A stretch of DNA of 56,727 nucleotides, filler included, from Sphacelaria rigidula (Eukaryota), in assembly GCA_964200075.2 (NCBI GenBank). It is 6 parts of 6 records of this genome, joined end to end, with 100 filler letters (N's around TTAATTAATTAA, not from the genome) between each part and the next. Parts side by side here need not be neighbours in the genome. Positions count along the whole stretch, not along the records: positions 18,945 to 28,315 come from CAXNAA020008653.1; positions 28,416 to 37,786 come from CAXNAA020008654.1; positions 37,887 to 47,257 come from CAXNAA020008655.1; 3 more parts are not named here. One strand, given 5' to 3'. A model generated the notes under the pieces. That model had not been told where the DNA came from and searched no databases. It saw only the letters and a program-made list of their open reading frames with translations. The translations under genes were made by a program, and so were the position numbers. Positions 24,201 to 38,489 of the stretch are shown here, piece by piece; the stretch's first letter is position 1, and the number at the start of each line of letters is the position of its first letter.

Positions 24201-27200
24201 GGTAGTCGCTAGTTTGACAGTCACAAGCAGACGACACACAACAGCCTTCATCATTTGAGATAAATACACATGCGGGAAGACTCGGAGGCTGCGGGAATGT
24301 CGACAGTACCATATGTGTCACGGCACACACTAAACGGCATCGCCTGCTTCAAGGGCTCTGACCGGATGACGACGTGTTCTACATGGTTGGACGACAACGT
24401 GGCAAGACGAGCCCGCAACATGAACCGGAATTGATGGGCCGATTACACTACAACATCATACACGAGGACATGGCATAACATGACATAGTGTACTTAAGAC
24501 ATGATCAAGATACCGGACCACTTGGTCCACCAAGATAATGGGCGACTGAAAAACAACGCCATATTGTTTACACATTTGATTCGAGAATTGGGAAGTTCAT
24601 CGTACCTGGATCGAGGCGTATCCAATCATCCACCCCTTCCGCGACCCGGGCGTAATGTCGGCTCTGCCTTCTCCCCGGAGGTTCCGGTCCATCTCCCGGA
24701 GATTGCGGTCCATCTCCTGGAAGTCCCGGGCCATCCCCCCGAGGTCCCGGCCCATCTCCCTCCATAAACAGAACCTGAGGTGCGCATGATAGGGGGTCAG
24801 ATCAGAGTAGTGCAGCTGCTTCTTGAGGTGCGTCATGGCGACTTTTGACGAAATCAGGTGAGGTAGCCACGATAGCGCGTGATTGGAGAAAACAGTTGCA
24901 GCTGCTACACCGTAAGAGGCAATGGGACGTACCGTAGGCAAGATAGCGAAGGCGTCACACTCACTGCATACAACTGCATCTGACTGGTGCTGCAGCACAG
25001 AAACTCGATACTATGAAGCCAAGGCACCTCAAAACACATGAACTGAAACAGTGAAAACACCCGTCACCGCCGTACAATGCTCGGTTTCTCAACACGTGCA
25101 TAAGGATCCCGCATTGATGAACCACTCAATTGCGCAACTTTATCAAGCACACCCGAACGCTTAGGGCGACAAAAACGCGCAGCGCATGAAACACAAATGA
25201 CGCGCAACAGCCTCGTCAGCAAACGGCACGCAAAAAGCGCAGACGCGACTCGTTTCCAATCGACTACACGTAGTATTCTTTCGAAAACATTCAAGAGAAA
25301 ATACAAGAAACACATAGGGTATGATAAACAAGCATGTACACCAATACACAAGCCATAACCGGTCGCAGCTGACGAAGTACACAAACACACATGCTAACAG
25401 CAAGACGGATCAGCGTAACAGCGACAAAACAATAACCAGCAAAAGCAACAAGAAAAAAGGCACCTGAGTAGGCTCCCCGAACATGGCCGCCGACATAGCC
25501 AACGATGGTCCCGCCAACCCCACGTCAATCGTCAACAGCAGTAGCACCAGCGCAACAAGCAGGGCCGGCAGCAAGACCTGATACAGCCCACCTCGCCAGT
25601 CCCTCATGGCAACAACGCGACGCTTCCACAGGAGCCAGCCCAGCTGTGCCCATATACCCACCCCTGCATGGTCGCCTTGACCTTCAATGTGACGACCGTT
25701 TCTCGGTCGACGCTGACCCCTTTCCCTAAGGACGCCTTCTGCTTGTGCTTGTGCTGGTGCTTCTGCGTCGGCATCCTCGAACGCTGACTGGGCATGCTTC
25801 ATATCGCCCAGGAATAGGAATCAGGGTACGCCAAAAACACGGGCGGTAGAGGCGAGAGAACATCGCGCAACAATGAGCACCATTCCCATCAAATATAATC
25901 GTGCTGTAGATTCTACCGAACAGCACGCCACGTTTCGGTGGTCAAATGGATACGTCGTCGGCCAGTTTGGGCGGAGTAAAAGGAGTGGGTTGGAATCACG
26001 ACGCTGACGATATATCCAACGGTATATTTCTTTTCCTGATTTCCAGCGAGAAAAGCGCGACAACGTGTCTTGAGAGTGAAAAATGACGAGATTCAACCGG
26101 CTGCGGAAGTGGTGGTAGTCATTATCTGATGCTAGATAAGACGTAGCAAGTCAGGGAAAGGCAGGTAGAGGAGGATAGACGGATTAATGGCCTTGGATAG
26201 AGACTCTTCCCGAGGAAAGGGAGAGGTTGAAAGTATAAGGAGCAACAAAAGTACATCATATCCAAGCACCTCCAGGGGAGATGCAGGTCCTGCTCGCTGA
26301 TGCTATTCGTGATGAACAGGGTTGATTGGTTCACGATTTCGATAATCGAAAACTCATCATGAAAAAAACGCCATAATGGAGCGGCAATATGTTTTATTTT
26401 GGTAATATTTCTGTTGATTGCATTTATTTTTGTAAGTAGGCTGAAGTCTAAAAAAATATTATGGAGGACCTCATGTCTTGTGAGGAATAGCAAGGACAGC
26501 ATTGGAAACACGAGCCTACGTCTGTGACCACGAGTTCGAGAGATCGGACTAATGTGCGGAAATAATAGTAATAATAGTAATAATAGTAATAATATTGCGC
26601 AAGGAGACCCCATACAGCCATCGTAACCGCCTTGGAAGCCGATAAAATACTCAGCAACAGCACCCTGATCGACACCATGAAGCGATCACAACGTTTTTCT
26701 CCCTTCTTTTTCTTTCCATCACACCCCTTCCCTGGTCGGAACGACTCCGTGGCCTTGAGGAATTGTTACATCTTTCCCCCGGTACACGCCTTGCATATTG
26801 CCTTGCATTTTGGTATAAATCGCGGAATGGATCAACATTCCAGGACTGTCTCGAATCTCGTCGAACAACCTCAGTCAAACCAAGAGACTCAATTTATCGC
26901 TCCTTGCGTCCTCACGCTTCGAACGGCGTCAATCAGATATTTTCTAGTCAATACTCAACGCATCTGGTGGGAATAGAATTCGCGTTCTTTCCACCCCAAT
27001 GATGCCAGCTGTATTATTTTAATTCAGACCCGCGGGTGCGGCGATTACTGTGACACTCATATACAACGGAACACCAGTATCGGCATACAACACAGCTTAG
27101 GACATCCAGCATATATAGAACGTTGCGCGTCCACCTAGAATATACGCTCTTAGACCGAGTAACACACACAAAACAACCCCCCCAACCCCCCCACCCCACC

Positions 27201-28231
27201 CGACCCCACCCCCCTCTTGCATCCAACTCCGGCAAAGCACTGGACTCCACAGTACTACAGGGAAGCCAGTGTTCCTCCACATGGTCTCTCTGCAAAATGC
27301 AGAATGCCTTTCGACTCTGCCGAGCTAAACATGCCAACTCGAACAGCATATACGGTACGATACCTGTCTACTAAAGGCAAAGCCTTCATCATCCTCCTGT
27401 GTCTCCGCCAGCAGCGACGCTTGCTCTTCCTCAAAATCCAAGGCACCAATCCTACTCGTACGCTTGTGCTGATTTTCGTGCTGATCGCCGGCGCAATCAC
27501 GACGACCGGACAATCGCCTATTGGATATTCCGTTGGTCGTCGAAAACGCAACAGCCCCGCCGCGGTGGCGGTCCTCATTGCCCCCTTCCCGCTTGTTTCG
27601 CCCACCGCTGGAGAACTGGGAAGAGTAGGTAGCCGTCGAATCCATGCTTTGCAATTCGATCTCGTACAGCCCCGTTGTCTTCATGTCCGGCCGCCTGCCG
27701 TTGGCGCCAGCACTACGCATACTACCGCTGGAGGATGATCGACTAGAGCAAGCTTCAGCGGTACCGTTAGAAAAGGGGCCGTTGGACACACCATTCTCCG
27801 ATGTACCGTCGGTACCTTGCCGCAAAGTCCCGTCCGCATTTCTCATGTCGGTGTATGCGGCCGCGTGCGTTGAAGACCCCACCATTCCGTCCACCACCCG
27901 TCCACCGTTCCTATATCCTGCATCACGATTTCCAACACCACTCCCTGCTCCTCGATGTCTCTCACTCTCAAGGCTCAGGAAAACCTCCTCGAGGCTTGTC
28001 ACGGATACGCCGTAGCCACCGACACCCATGGCCGCCCTTTGAGTCTCCAGTTCCCGGAACAGTCCCGGAAACTTAGCGGACACTTCCCGTGGAAGGCGGA
28101 ACGAAATTTCCCCGCCAGCGCACGACAGAGGCTGTGCTGTCGGGACGTAGTTGGCAACGGTCTTTGTCAGGGTGTCTTGGTCGAACGCGTCGCTCGCTTT
28201 GACCAGCGTTAGCTTGTAGCCGAGTCCGAAC
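21227..28231 (-). CDS. ABC transporter subfamily A, internal exons: 28231-27364, 25787-25464, 24774-24606, 23308-22998, 21322-21227
   Basis: FGLGYKLTLVK...GGEISFRLP...KFPGLFRELE...GVGGYGVSVTSLEEVFL (post-NBD1 regulatory region), then QLGWLLWKR...RDWRGGLYQVLLPALLVALVLLL (first helix of TMD2), then RYGAFVF. GT-AG borders with compatible phases. Confidence 0.88.
26473..26594 (+). mobile_element. 3' end of a non-LTR retroposon with (AAT/AGT)n tail
   Basis: Homologous to 8954-9078 in the opposite orientation. Confidence 0.75.
26695..27004 (-). mobile_element. Diverged tRNA-derived SINE, family 2
   Basis: Shares CACGCCTTGCAT...TGGATCA.CA.TCC...CTCGT.GAACAA.CTCAGTCAA with 44820-45143. Confidence 0.6.
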
Positions 28232-28248
28232 CTTCAAGAGGGAGAGAA

Positions 28249-28315
28249 GGGGGGGGGCGTACTCATTTGTTGCTTGCCTTAGTCATTTGACCATTGACCA
28301 CGCATCCCTTTCGAG
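28249..28315 (-). mobile_element. Poly(C)-anchored retroposon-like element, type B 3' end
   Basis: G-run followed by CGTACTCATTTGTTGCTTGCCTTAGTCATTTGACCATT. Same as 46249-46298 and, inverted, 52455-52513. Confidence 0.7.
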
Positions 28316-28437
28316 NNNNNNNNNNNNNNNNNNNNNNNNNNNNNNNNNNNNNNNNNNNNTTAATTAATTAANNNNNNNNNNNNNNNNNNNNNNNNNNNNN
28401 NNNNNNNNNNNNNNNCCCCCCCCCCCCTCTCTCCTAC

Positions 28438-28473
<36 letters not shown>

Positions 28474-28549
28474 AAAGGGTACCCCCCCCCCCCCCCCCCG
28501 CCCCCCCCCACACACACCGATTGTCTGTATTGCTGCCTCCAAACCGCAG

Positions 28550-31500
28550 CCAACTCGAGCGTGTCCGCGAGGAAGGCAAGGCCCTGGTGGCCGCCGCAAC
28601 GACATCTGAGCGGGAGCGAGGTAAAGCGCGTGAAACGAAGGCAAGAGAGGCTGGCGCAGCCGAAGCCGCCGCTGCCTACGACCAAACCCGTCATGATGAC
28701 CGCTGCCAGGCGGACGAAGAGTTGACCTCTAAGCTAGCGGAGGCAGATGAGCGGGCGCGGGCGGAGATGGTGGCGGTAAGGGCGGCAGAGGAGGGCGCTC
28801 GACAGCGCATGTTGGAGGATGAGAAGATTGCGAGGGTAGCGCTTGAGAAGGAGCTGGCCGCCGCAAGAGAGCGAGCCGTAAAGCTGGAGGGAGGAAAGTG
28901 GCAACGGGCGTCTCAGGAAGCTGAAGCCAGGGCGGAAGCAGAGAAGGTACCGTGGGTCTGGGGTGTGGGGGGCGTATCATGCCCCACACGGTATTTCGTT
29001 ACCGTCAAATGGCAGGAGTAGTAACTGGACGCGCTGCTCCGTGCACACGCTGCTTCACGGCAAGTAGTCTGAAGTTGAGAGTGTTGCCATCATGATACAT
29101 TCTAGACGCGTGCTGCTCTGTTGAGAGAATAGTACGCCTGAATACCTAAGTCGACCCAAAATATATAGTAACTACGCAGAGAAAGCCGAAAGTACACATG
29201 TCTAAAGCAGGGTCCAGGTCGGGTTCGGGCGTGTACAGGTGGGAGGGATCTGGAAGGAAAATATTATAGATGAGACGTGACACGGGGCGACGCACACCCA
29301 ACGACACGGCAGCATCGGAGCACCAGAGCACCGTGATCCCATCAGTCATCGGTCAATACTCATTTTCCTTATGATTTGCAAGGTGGCTGCGTATGAGCGA
29401 GGGATGGCGGACCGTAGTAGACGGGCAGAGGCCGAAGCCGCGCAGCTCCAAGAGGCGGCCGAGAAGGCGTTAGAGGAGGTGAAACAAGGGGCTAGGACCA
29501 CCATCGATGAGATGGCGAAACGCCATTCTGAAGCGCTTGAAGCGGAGAGAAAGTGGGTTCACTTTTATTCGTATCAGCTTTATTTGCATAGGGCTACAGT
29601 ACTGTGTCGTCATCAGGCGCAGAAAAGATAGAACCGTGAAGTGCGATACTCTTCTAGATTGAGTGTCACATATTGACATAAGCTACTATGAAGTCAGTCA
29701 TGGTCACAAAATAGGCATGCCAAAGGTGAACGGGTGGGAATAGAAACAGTCGCTGCATTTTGCTAAAGAAAACATATCACAGGGTATATTCTGTGTTTCC
29801 CGTTCGTTATGAATCCAATAGCCTCCCGTTGGAGAACCGGGATTTGAAGGCCGGAAATGTAATTACGTAGTGCCGGTCTTGTACTGTCATTCGGTGCGTG
29901 CAGCACTCTTATAAGTTCGCCAACGTATGGCGGCGGTATAATCCGTTTCACGGCAAACTATTCCGTAGGCGTTTTTGCCATGTGGTAACTTTTCCCGTCC
30001 TGTGAAAAAGGGAAATATCACTCCAGGAGATTATCTGCCAACGTCATCGATGGGTGGATAATACATTCATCTCACGAACCACTGGTCGCCCAGTACAGTC
30101 AAATTCTGATCGCGTTGGACGTACGCTGACCGGTGTTACATTATATGTCTCCATCTATTGCAATTTTTGTGTTCGAGTAAGGTCTTATTGTATTGAGTAT
30201 TGGGTGGGGAAATATGTATATGTTCGTGTGAACTGCGCTGTTTTGCAGGCTGATGGTCAAGTTCGTAGTAAACACTTCCACTCATCACAACGCAATCCCT
30301 CATCTTGTCAGATGTGTATCCGAAGAGGAGGCGGCTATTCGAGAGACCGCGCTTGAGGAGGCCAAGGAGGAGAGTATCCAACAGCAAGCGAAGGCGGTTG
30401 CAAACGTAAGACGTATTCTTGTCGCTCGATGTCAGCACTACTGCACAGGTCACACGTCACGGCAGTGGTAGACCGGTACCGTCGGTAACCAGGGTCATTG
30501 CCGCACCATTGATGAACACGTTGAGTAGAAAAGGCGTATTCGGGGGTGTCATCAATACAATTAAAAATGACACTGAGAGCAGCAAGTGTAGACGGTGTGA
30601 AGTACGCCTCCCCGCGGCCGGGTACTCGTCCCAGTAGGAGTGTATTATGTGTGACCTCGCAGTATAGGCAGGTAAGTCGTTGAAATCAATAGCAAGCTTT
30701 TATAACGCAACGCGTTGCGTGAATTGTACTTTTCACGAGTGCAACGTGTCATACGAAGGGTATTGTATCTATAAGAATTGACACCACACTCCCAATTTCC
30801 ACGTTATACAAGAGGCGTTCCTCGCAATTGAAGTATTGAAGCGGACAATCGTAGTAAAACTCACCTTTAAACCCAGCTTGACTCAAGTGGTGAAAATTCT
30901 GCTTCTGGGTTCAGAGTGATGACGTACACAGTTTTGTTCTACTGACCGTTTACGGACCAAGGGGCGCTTCGCCCATGTACATAAACGTCGTGTGAGAACG
31001 CCTGTTGGTTGGGAAAGGCAGTAGCCATGGCAGCGTCGCGGGTACGTCAGCGTCCATAAAACTCTGTGTGGGCACCGACCGTTGCGTGTACAGTCTAAGG
31101 CACACTGGCGTATCTATGTACTTGTCTTGAGTAAATGAGTTTTCATCCGGTGAATTTCCGGTTCGATTCGTACTGAACCAAAGTGTATACGCGGAAAGCC
31201 ACTCCCATTGAATAATCGTATTGTTCCCATGTACACATGAGGACACGAACATGTTTTAACGGGGGCGGGGGCTCAGAAAGCAAGACCGGACCGGCCGTTT
31301 TCATTCTTTCTCTACCAGTTTCTCGAATATTTGAAAACTGTTGGATCGGCCTGGTGTTCGGTGTCTGAAGGGTGAACAACAGGTGATCGCGAGTTAGAAT
31401 AATCGAACTGACGCGTTAACTGTCGAAAGAGGAGACATCAAGTGAGTTGAGGTATTGCCTGAACATCACCCCAGGATATATAGAATGGAGTAAGAAAAGA

Positions 31501-34500
31501 TCGAATCGTGCGACGATTATCTTGAATATGCATAAGACCGCTCATGCATCTGACGCAACTGCCTCTGCAGAAGAATGCTCAGTGATTTTCAGTTTATTTT
31601 GGATCGATATGGAACAGTTTCATTTTTGGCCCAATAATGTAAGGAGGGGGCAGGAACTGACAACTTAAACGGCATTGATGCCGTCAAAATATATCGAGAT
31701 TGCAAGTTCGAACCCCCAAGCAGAACCGAGACTTACCTGTATTGTAGCAAACATAATCACAATACATCCGCTGCCGGTCTGGGGGAGAACGCAGGCTCGG
31801 GCTGCGGCGACAGCGGAAGCGAGGTCCCGAGCCGAGAAAGCACGGATATCTGCGGTAGAGGCTGCAAGAGAACGAGAAAAACTCGTCACAGAAAAGGTTC
31901 AGGACGAACTCCGCAGGTAAGTATTAGACACCGAGGCAGACTAGCCATGAACCATCCAAAATATTTGCAATTCGACAAACCCTACTCGGGTTGTAAGGCG
32001 ACGACAATGGTGCCTCGTGACTGTGCTCAGCCAAGTGGGTGGTGGGGACTTATGATAGTCTTGGTTATTCCAAGATTTTCACATGCCACCGGAAGGGGTC
32101 CAGGTCCTGCGAATCACTCCGGTGTGCGTCGAGGACAAGAGTTTAGGTGGCGTTTCAATATGTCGGAAAGATACGGAGACGCGAGCATACACTGGTGCTC
32201 TCCCTGTCTTTGTTTCTCTGCAGCGCGAAGATCGAATGGGTGGCGGAGAAGAGACAGCTGAAAGAAAAACAGAAGTGTCTAGAAGAGGCGGAGGAAAAAG
32301 CTAAGGAAGAATTGCTCAGAGCTATGGTCAACAGCAGTCAGGTCTTGTTCTTGCGTCTGATCGGACGACGGAATCCAGCTTCGCTCGGCATATCTATAGT
32401 TATTCTGAATAGACCGTCTGCCTTAGGCACACTTGGGCTTGCATTGTATACGGTCAAAGGATGAAACAAGCGGTTCAAGATGTATTGCTAAGCTGACGAA
32501 GGAGAAGGTAGATCTGAAAAAAACTCAGCTTATGGTGATAATGATGATGATGATGATGATGACGTCGCTATCCCGAGCAGGCGACTCAAAGAGCTCGAGC
32601 AAGATGGGAAGAAGGCCAAAAGGTGGCGATGGAGAAAGCTGCGGCTCAGGCAGTAGAGGACAGGGATAAGGCCCTCGAGGACGCGCGTCGAGTGAGTGGG
32701 CAAGCTACACTTTCCGACAGAAATTACCGATGCCGTACGACGTAGTCTGCTATGTCGTTCGGTTTCTTTACTTTCTTCAGAGCGTGTTTCAATTTCGTTT
32801 TTCCCACGGCTGGTACGTCTATCATGAGACCACGGGGATGTACTCATGTACTCATGATCATGCGTGCCATAGTCATCAGACCATTGTGCTGGAACCCTGG
32901 GGGGTAAGTTAAAGTGCGATAATCAATCAATCAATCAAACGCGGCTTATACGATGCACTCAAAGCTTACGCCACACCGTGCATGTTTCACTACACGATTT
33001 TCCCTTGTGAGAAATATGATGTCGTCGGCATCTTTTCCCTAGAGCCACGCGGTTCCACATAGTCTTCCCCTCCACCTTCACTGAAATTCAAGAAAGCATC
33101 GAAAAGCACTCGAGCCGTCGGCCTGCCGTGTCCCCCACCCAGCTCACCATCGCCGGGTTCGTTTCCGCTGATGTATAAACTAACACAATCATTCCTCACG
33201 ATATATATTTGTGCCATAAGGCGTTCTCACGCGAGAAGAAGCGGGCTCTCATGGAAACGCAAGATGCGTTCGGCGCTCAGGCGGAGGCCATGGCCGAGCG
33301 ATTGCGAGAACAGGCTAAGGATTCCCTGCAGCAGGTACCTCTAGATGCAGGTGCACATCATTATTCATCCTTCGGTTCATGGTTTCTCCTCTCATCAAAC
33401 GGTCGAGGGATTGACCTTATCTCTAAAGTCAGGCACTGCGCAAGCGTGCCGTTATTCGATTGTCCCACCTCACTCAACCTTTCCGAGCCGTAAGGGGCTG
33501 GGGACAGCGGAGGACCAACTTCGATTGATTGGTCAACAAAAGAAGCATGTTGCGAACGTACACATGCGACATCCCTGTCCCGTTTTTGCCTTAGCTCGTG
33601 CCCTCTCTTCAGGATCATGACCACTCCAATCCGTACATGCGCAAACGCACGCAACCAAAAAGTGTTTCTCCACATTGTAGCTGGTGAAGAACTAAAAATG
33701 ATAGAGCGATTCCTGTCAAATTCCCCCCCGCACGATATGTCTACTCATGTACCTAATATCAACACATGTGCGAGTAATGACTTTCAGCATGATATCCAGT
33801 TTATTTCAACACATGTTTTTCGTATGAGGCTTTCGTATCGATTTCGCTGTTCCTAGAAGAACTGGGAAACCCCGAACTTCCCACGTTGCCGGGGAGACGA
33901 AGCAGAAAGTGTCAACAACCTCAGCCGCAGCCCCTCAAACGTTCACCTCGAATCTACTTGGAACACAACTGGAAACCGACGTTTCACGAAAATCTAGTCA
34001 AACATTAAGCTTACAAATGCCACACCGATACTCCGCCGGGAAACAATTTCCGACGGACTACAAAGGCTTCATGTAACTCCTTTCCAACTACCCAGAATAA
34101 GTGAAGCCGCCATAAAACTGTACGGTCACCAAGTCTGTGTGCTCCTCAATTTGAAATGCCAAGCATGCAGCCGCTGAAACTCATGTACACAAGCAAATAG
34201 GCCATCACGCCGTTCGCCCTGTTATACTGTGCCGCCATTTGCAACGTGGTGAATACTATCAACAACGTTTTCGTGAAATTGAGATTAGAGCGCTGATAGA
34301 GAGTGGCTTCGATCACTCGCTTTAACGTAGCCAATTTTTCATTCCGTGTGTGCTTTTCTTTGCCTTTTTCACTTGCGTGAACTCACTCAGGAATATTAAG
34401 AGCCTCAGTGGCAAGCTACTACAGAAAGCATATTGGGCCTCGTGGAAGGACATTGCGGAACTGAAACGATTCATTCACTAATTGATCGCTTTTCACTCTC

Positions 34501-37500
34501 AATCGTACGCTCTACTCTCAATTTCACGAAAACGCTCTTCATCATCGCTCTACACTTTCTAATATCTTATGCGAGAAAGGTGGAAGCTGCGCACACCCAA
34601 ACCAAACAAGAGAAGGAAAAGCTCAAGGAAGCACTCGAGCACATGAGGACGATGCTGAAGGTAATCTACGCGATATGTTACACAACGTTTTCATTTTCTC
34701 GTGGGCGTCAGTTGCACGAGAACCTAAAGAACATTCAGGGACAGATGTATGCGATGTTCGCGCTCAGTCGTCACCTTTGACAATGTCGAGGACAGGAGCG
34801 GTAACTCTTCCATATTTCCATCGCTTGTCGCTGTACCGTCCAGGCCGATCATGAACAGGCCACGTACACGTAGTGTACGTATCTATTTTGACTGCACAAT
34901 GGTCACCGGTCACATGATGACCATCCCAAGATGGATCTGTCCCTTTGACCTTCGGTTGTCACACCCACAGGAAAAGGAAGCTGTCGCCTTCCACGCAGAG
35001 CGAGACGCCAAGGAGCAAGCGTTGTCTCACTCCCTACGGACTTGGAGGCTTGCCGCTACAGCGATCGAGCGGGGTCGTGCACATTTTCGGGTGAGAACCG
35101 TATCCAGAACGGTTTGATGTCCTGTTTAGGTCGAGACGCTGACACGACCAATAGCCCGTGTCCGGTATTCGCTGCTGTAACACGACCAATAGCCCGTGTC
35201 CGGTATTCGCTGCTGTAAACGCGTGTTGGCGTCCCCAGAAGTTCTTGATCACGTCGTACACGATGTACGTACGCGTCATACCGAGATCCATTCCTGCATG
35301 TACGGCAATCGACACCCCTGTCATATCCTATCGGTCGGTGCTCTGCTTTCCCTGGCTTGTAGCCCCAGCAATGTCCGCTGATTTTGTGTCCTATCCATAT
35401 TCTGCTTTTATATCTGGGTTCATTCTGTTTCTCGTCCTCCTCTTTTTTTCTTTCTTCCTCCATTTCTCCCTTCCTTTCTGAGGTATGATTTCTCTCTCAG
35501 CCGTATTCGTGTTTGTTTTCTCTCTCCGACTAAGCTAGTGACTCTGAGTTCCCACCCAAGTGATGCGGTCTGCAGATACCTGAGAGGCAAGCTACTTCCA
35601 GGGACCTCTGTTGTGTAGGGCCTTATGTTTTTAACGCCCTTGCTGGGGTCTGCTGGGGGTTTTCTCGTGAGATAAGAGTACTGGAGAGTCGTCTCGAATA
35701 CTTTTTTCGTATTTTTGCCTCATTCAGTGCACTCTGTTTCCTCGCTTTTCCTTTCTCATTTTCCCGCTCTTCTCCAGCTATGTATGGCAAGTATTTTGCC
35801 GTCTATCTTGTGACAACAATTGGACTCCTTCACTGCCTCTTCCGTCGTGTCCTGTCTATCCACACGTATCAATATTACAGAAATCCACCGGTTGGTTATC
35901 CCCCGAACCCCTCACCCTAGATCAGACGATGCCCCCCTTGGCTATAATCGTTATCATGGTGGGAATCCATCCGTTCTCCCTTGGAGAGCATAGCTACACA
36001 GCTGTGTAGCTGCATACTCACCAAAAAATATAGTCTCGCCCTGCGTGTTAAAAAGAGACTAGAACAACCGGGATCATAGTCGGCCTTGTTTTCAAAGAAA
36101 TTGGGCAAGGTTTGACATATCACTTACATATACCATCTCCCTACCCAAGCCCTCCGTAGATCGCCACGCTACGAGATGATCCACGTCAGAAAAATGAACA
36201 CTTTGCAGAGTATAGACGCTCACTTTGTAAAAGTGGAAAGGCAGCCGATACCTGTAGTTTCATAGGGACTTGCGATTTAATTGGACACGATTCGATCGTT
36301 TTTGTTTTTTCACGTATGAAATACATAGATGTTTGAACAAGCGCGAGAAGAAGCATCCCAGCGAGAGGCCGCCGCAGAAGTCACCGCAGACGAGCAGCGG
36401 CAAAAGCTATCCGCAGATATCGAGGAACTTCTCCATGCAAGCTTCGACGCTAGGAGACGATTTTCTGACATGCAAGAAACTCTGGTTAACCACAAACGAG
36501 AGGTGACATGCAGGAACACCAACACCACAAACAGCTCTCTACTGCGTCTATTTCGGATATCGGTGACTCCCGCGATGCTGCGTTCATATGAGAGTAATGT
36601 GAGCAGAAAGTGCTGCTTTCTCCACACTTTCTCCATCAGGTATTGACTTCTCCCCACCCCTCCGCCCCGTCATTGCCTTGTCGCTATACACGTGTCATTC
36701 GCCGCACTGCGAATAACCTCGAACAGGTTCTGATCGACCACAAGGTGCAAAGCGCCAGCTTGCACAAGGAGTTAGATAGCCTGGCGAGGGGTCGTGACCA
36801 GGTGAGTTACGTAGCTCGTCCGACTGAGCTTAGTCGATGCGAGTACCATACAGCAGGAACAGCTTTACGGGCGAGCCTGGTAGGCGACTTTCTAGCCTGA
36901 GAAGGAACATATTCATATTTGCATCAAGCGCGCGGGGGGGAGGGGGAGTTGTGTCAATATATTAATATCTGCTACAGCCTGGTTCTCTAACAACAACGTC
37001 CACGGAAGATTTTCTGCCACGACGACACAACTTTGTAGCTAACGCACTGGAACGTGGTCCCCGGGAGAGGCCATCCTCTATCATAAGCAACCTGCGTGTG
37101 CTCTGCACAACATCCATGAACTGAGACCCAACAACCAGAGCAGTAGCCCGGTCCTCGAATAGCCAGTCCTCCGCGGTAACATCGCGTTGTCAGGATGGCC
37201 ATCTTTATAGACCCTACAGTAATGTATTCGTGATCTGTGGCCTCGAGTATTACTAGAATAAGATCGCGTGAGCCGCAGGGTGCGCAATGTAGTGGAGACG
37301 ATTCAGCCGACAGATAACCCAAAAAGTGATGACCCCAACAAACCACATCTCCGAAGCAACATAGTGAGAACAAGAACGTGAGCATCCGGTTTAATGCACT
37401 GTTTCATCTTACAGCTCGAAGAGCAGCGGCTGATTTTACATCGGGAATTCCGGGAGCTGGAAGGGCAAGCCAAGAACGCCGAGAAGGAAGCCCACTCTCA

Positions 37501-37606
37501 CTCGAGGAAAAGCGCTATTGGTCCCGACGGCATGGTCATTCCTGCCGTTGCCCGTAAGAAGCGCAGGCTGGATGAGGAGCTCGAGGCATTGCTGGATGCG
37601 ATGGAG
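28550..37606 (+). CDS. Long coiled-coil protein of unknown family, partial; exons 28550-28946, 29383-29552, 30312-30405, 31795-31916, 32224-32341, 32581-32691, 33221-33334, 34580-34660, 34971-35090, 36329-36502, 36727-36801, 37415-37606
   Basis: Twelve E/A/R/K-rich open blocks with AG/GT borders whose phases join into one uninterrupted frame (e.g. ...HKRE|VLIDHKVQSASLHKELDSLARGRDQ|LEEQRLILHREFRELE...). Confidence 0.85.
34261..34539 (+). mobile_element. AACAA-TIR MITE, copy D (TSD TATC/CATC)
   Basis: Same TIRs and body as copies A-C. Confidence 0.88.
35142..35217. repeat. Perfect 38-bp tandem duplication
   Basis: ACACGACCAATAGCCCGTGTCCGGTATTCGCTGCTGTA occurs twice. Confidence 0.9.
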
Positions 37607-38090
37607 GTGTGTGATACGGTCATGGTCGTGGGAAGCAGTGAAAGTGGGGCACCCAACATATTGCGTGAACACTATCACATGAAACGAGTGAATTGCATAT
37701 GTCGTAGCCCAGCCCCCCTCCCCCCTGCCTGGTCCGGCGAGAACCCGGCGTGCTCCGTCCCGGCTTTGTAGGGGCGGACCCCCGATNNNNNNNNNNNNNN
37801 NNNNNNNNNNNNNNNNNNNNNNNNNNNNNNTTAATTAATTAANNNNNNNNNNNNNNNNNNNNNNNNNNNNNNNNNNNNNNNNNNNNGTTCTATTTTTGCT
37901 GCTCCTGACCACGGGCTGGATTGTTGCAATCAGCTAATGTGAGATAATCAATCAATCAATCAAGTCTCCCGACCACGGGCTCGCCTTGTTAGATGATTTG
38001 GATGTGTGCTGAGTGCACTGAATGAACCAGTGGAACGATATTCTCCCGAAAATTCGCGACAATTTTCGAAAACAAAAACAAAAACACAAA

Positions 38091-38093
<3 letters not shown>

Positions 38094-38160
<67 letters not shown>
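38094..38160. repeat. (CA)n microsatellite
   Basis: Uninterrupted CA run of about 33 units. Confidence 0.97.
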
Positions 38161-38161
<1 letters not shown>

Positions 38162-38489
38162 CACATCGCCCTGAACACCGTACGGTGATCGACATCTGCC
38201 CAAATCTCCAAGCCACAAGAACCAGCCTTACGAGCATGGCGACTACGCAAACTATACATACAAAACAAATCATTTCAAGACACCGGGCAACACGTCACGA
38301 GAACCACCTGGAAAACATCGACAAAATAAAGTTATAAATGTTCAAGTAAACATATTTGAACATGAAACATGACCGGATGAATGTATTGATCTCATCAACA
38401 ACAAAAACGGACGCGAGAGTCGTTCGGCGCTTCGTATGTTTAACTTGTATACAAACTGGGCCGCCCAAGATGCGAACAGGAATGTCGAC

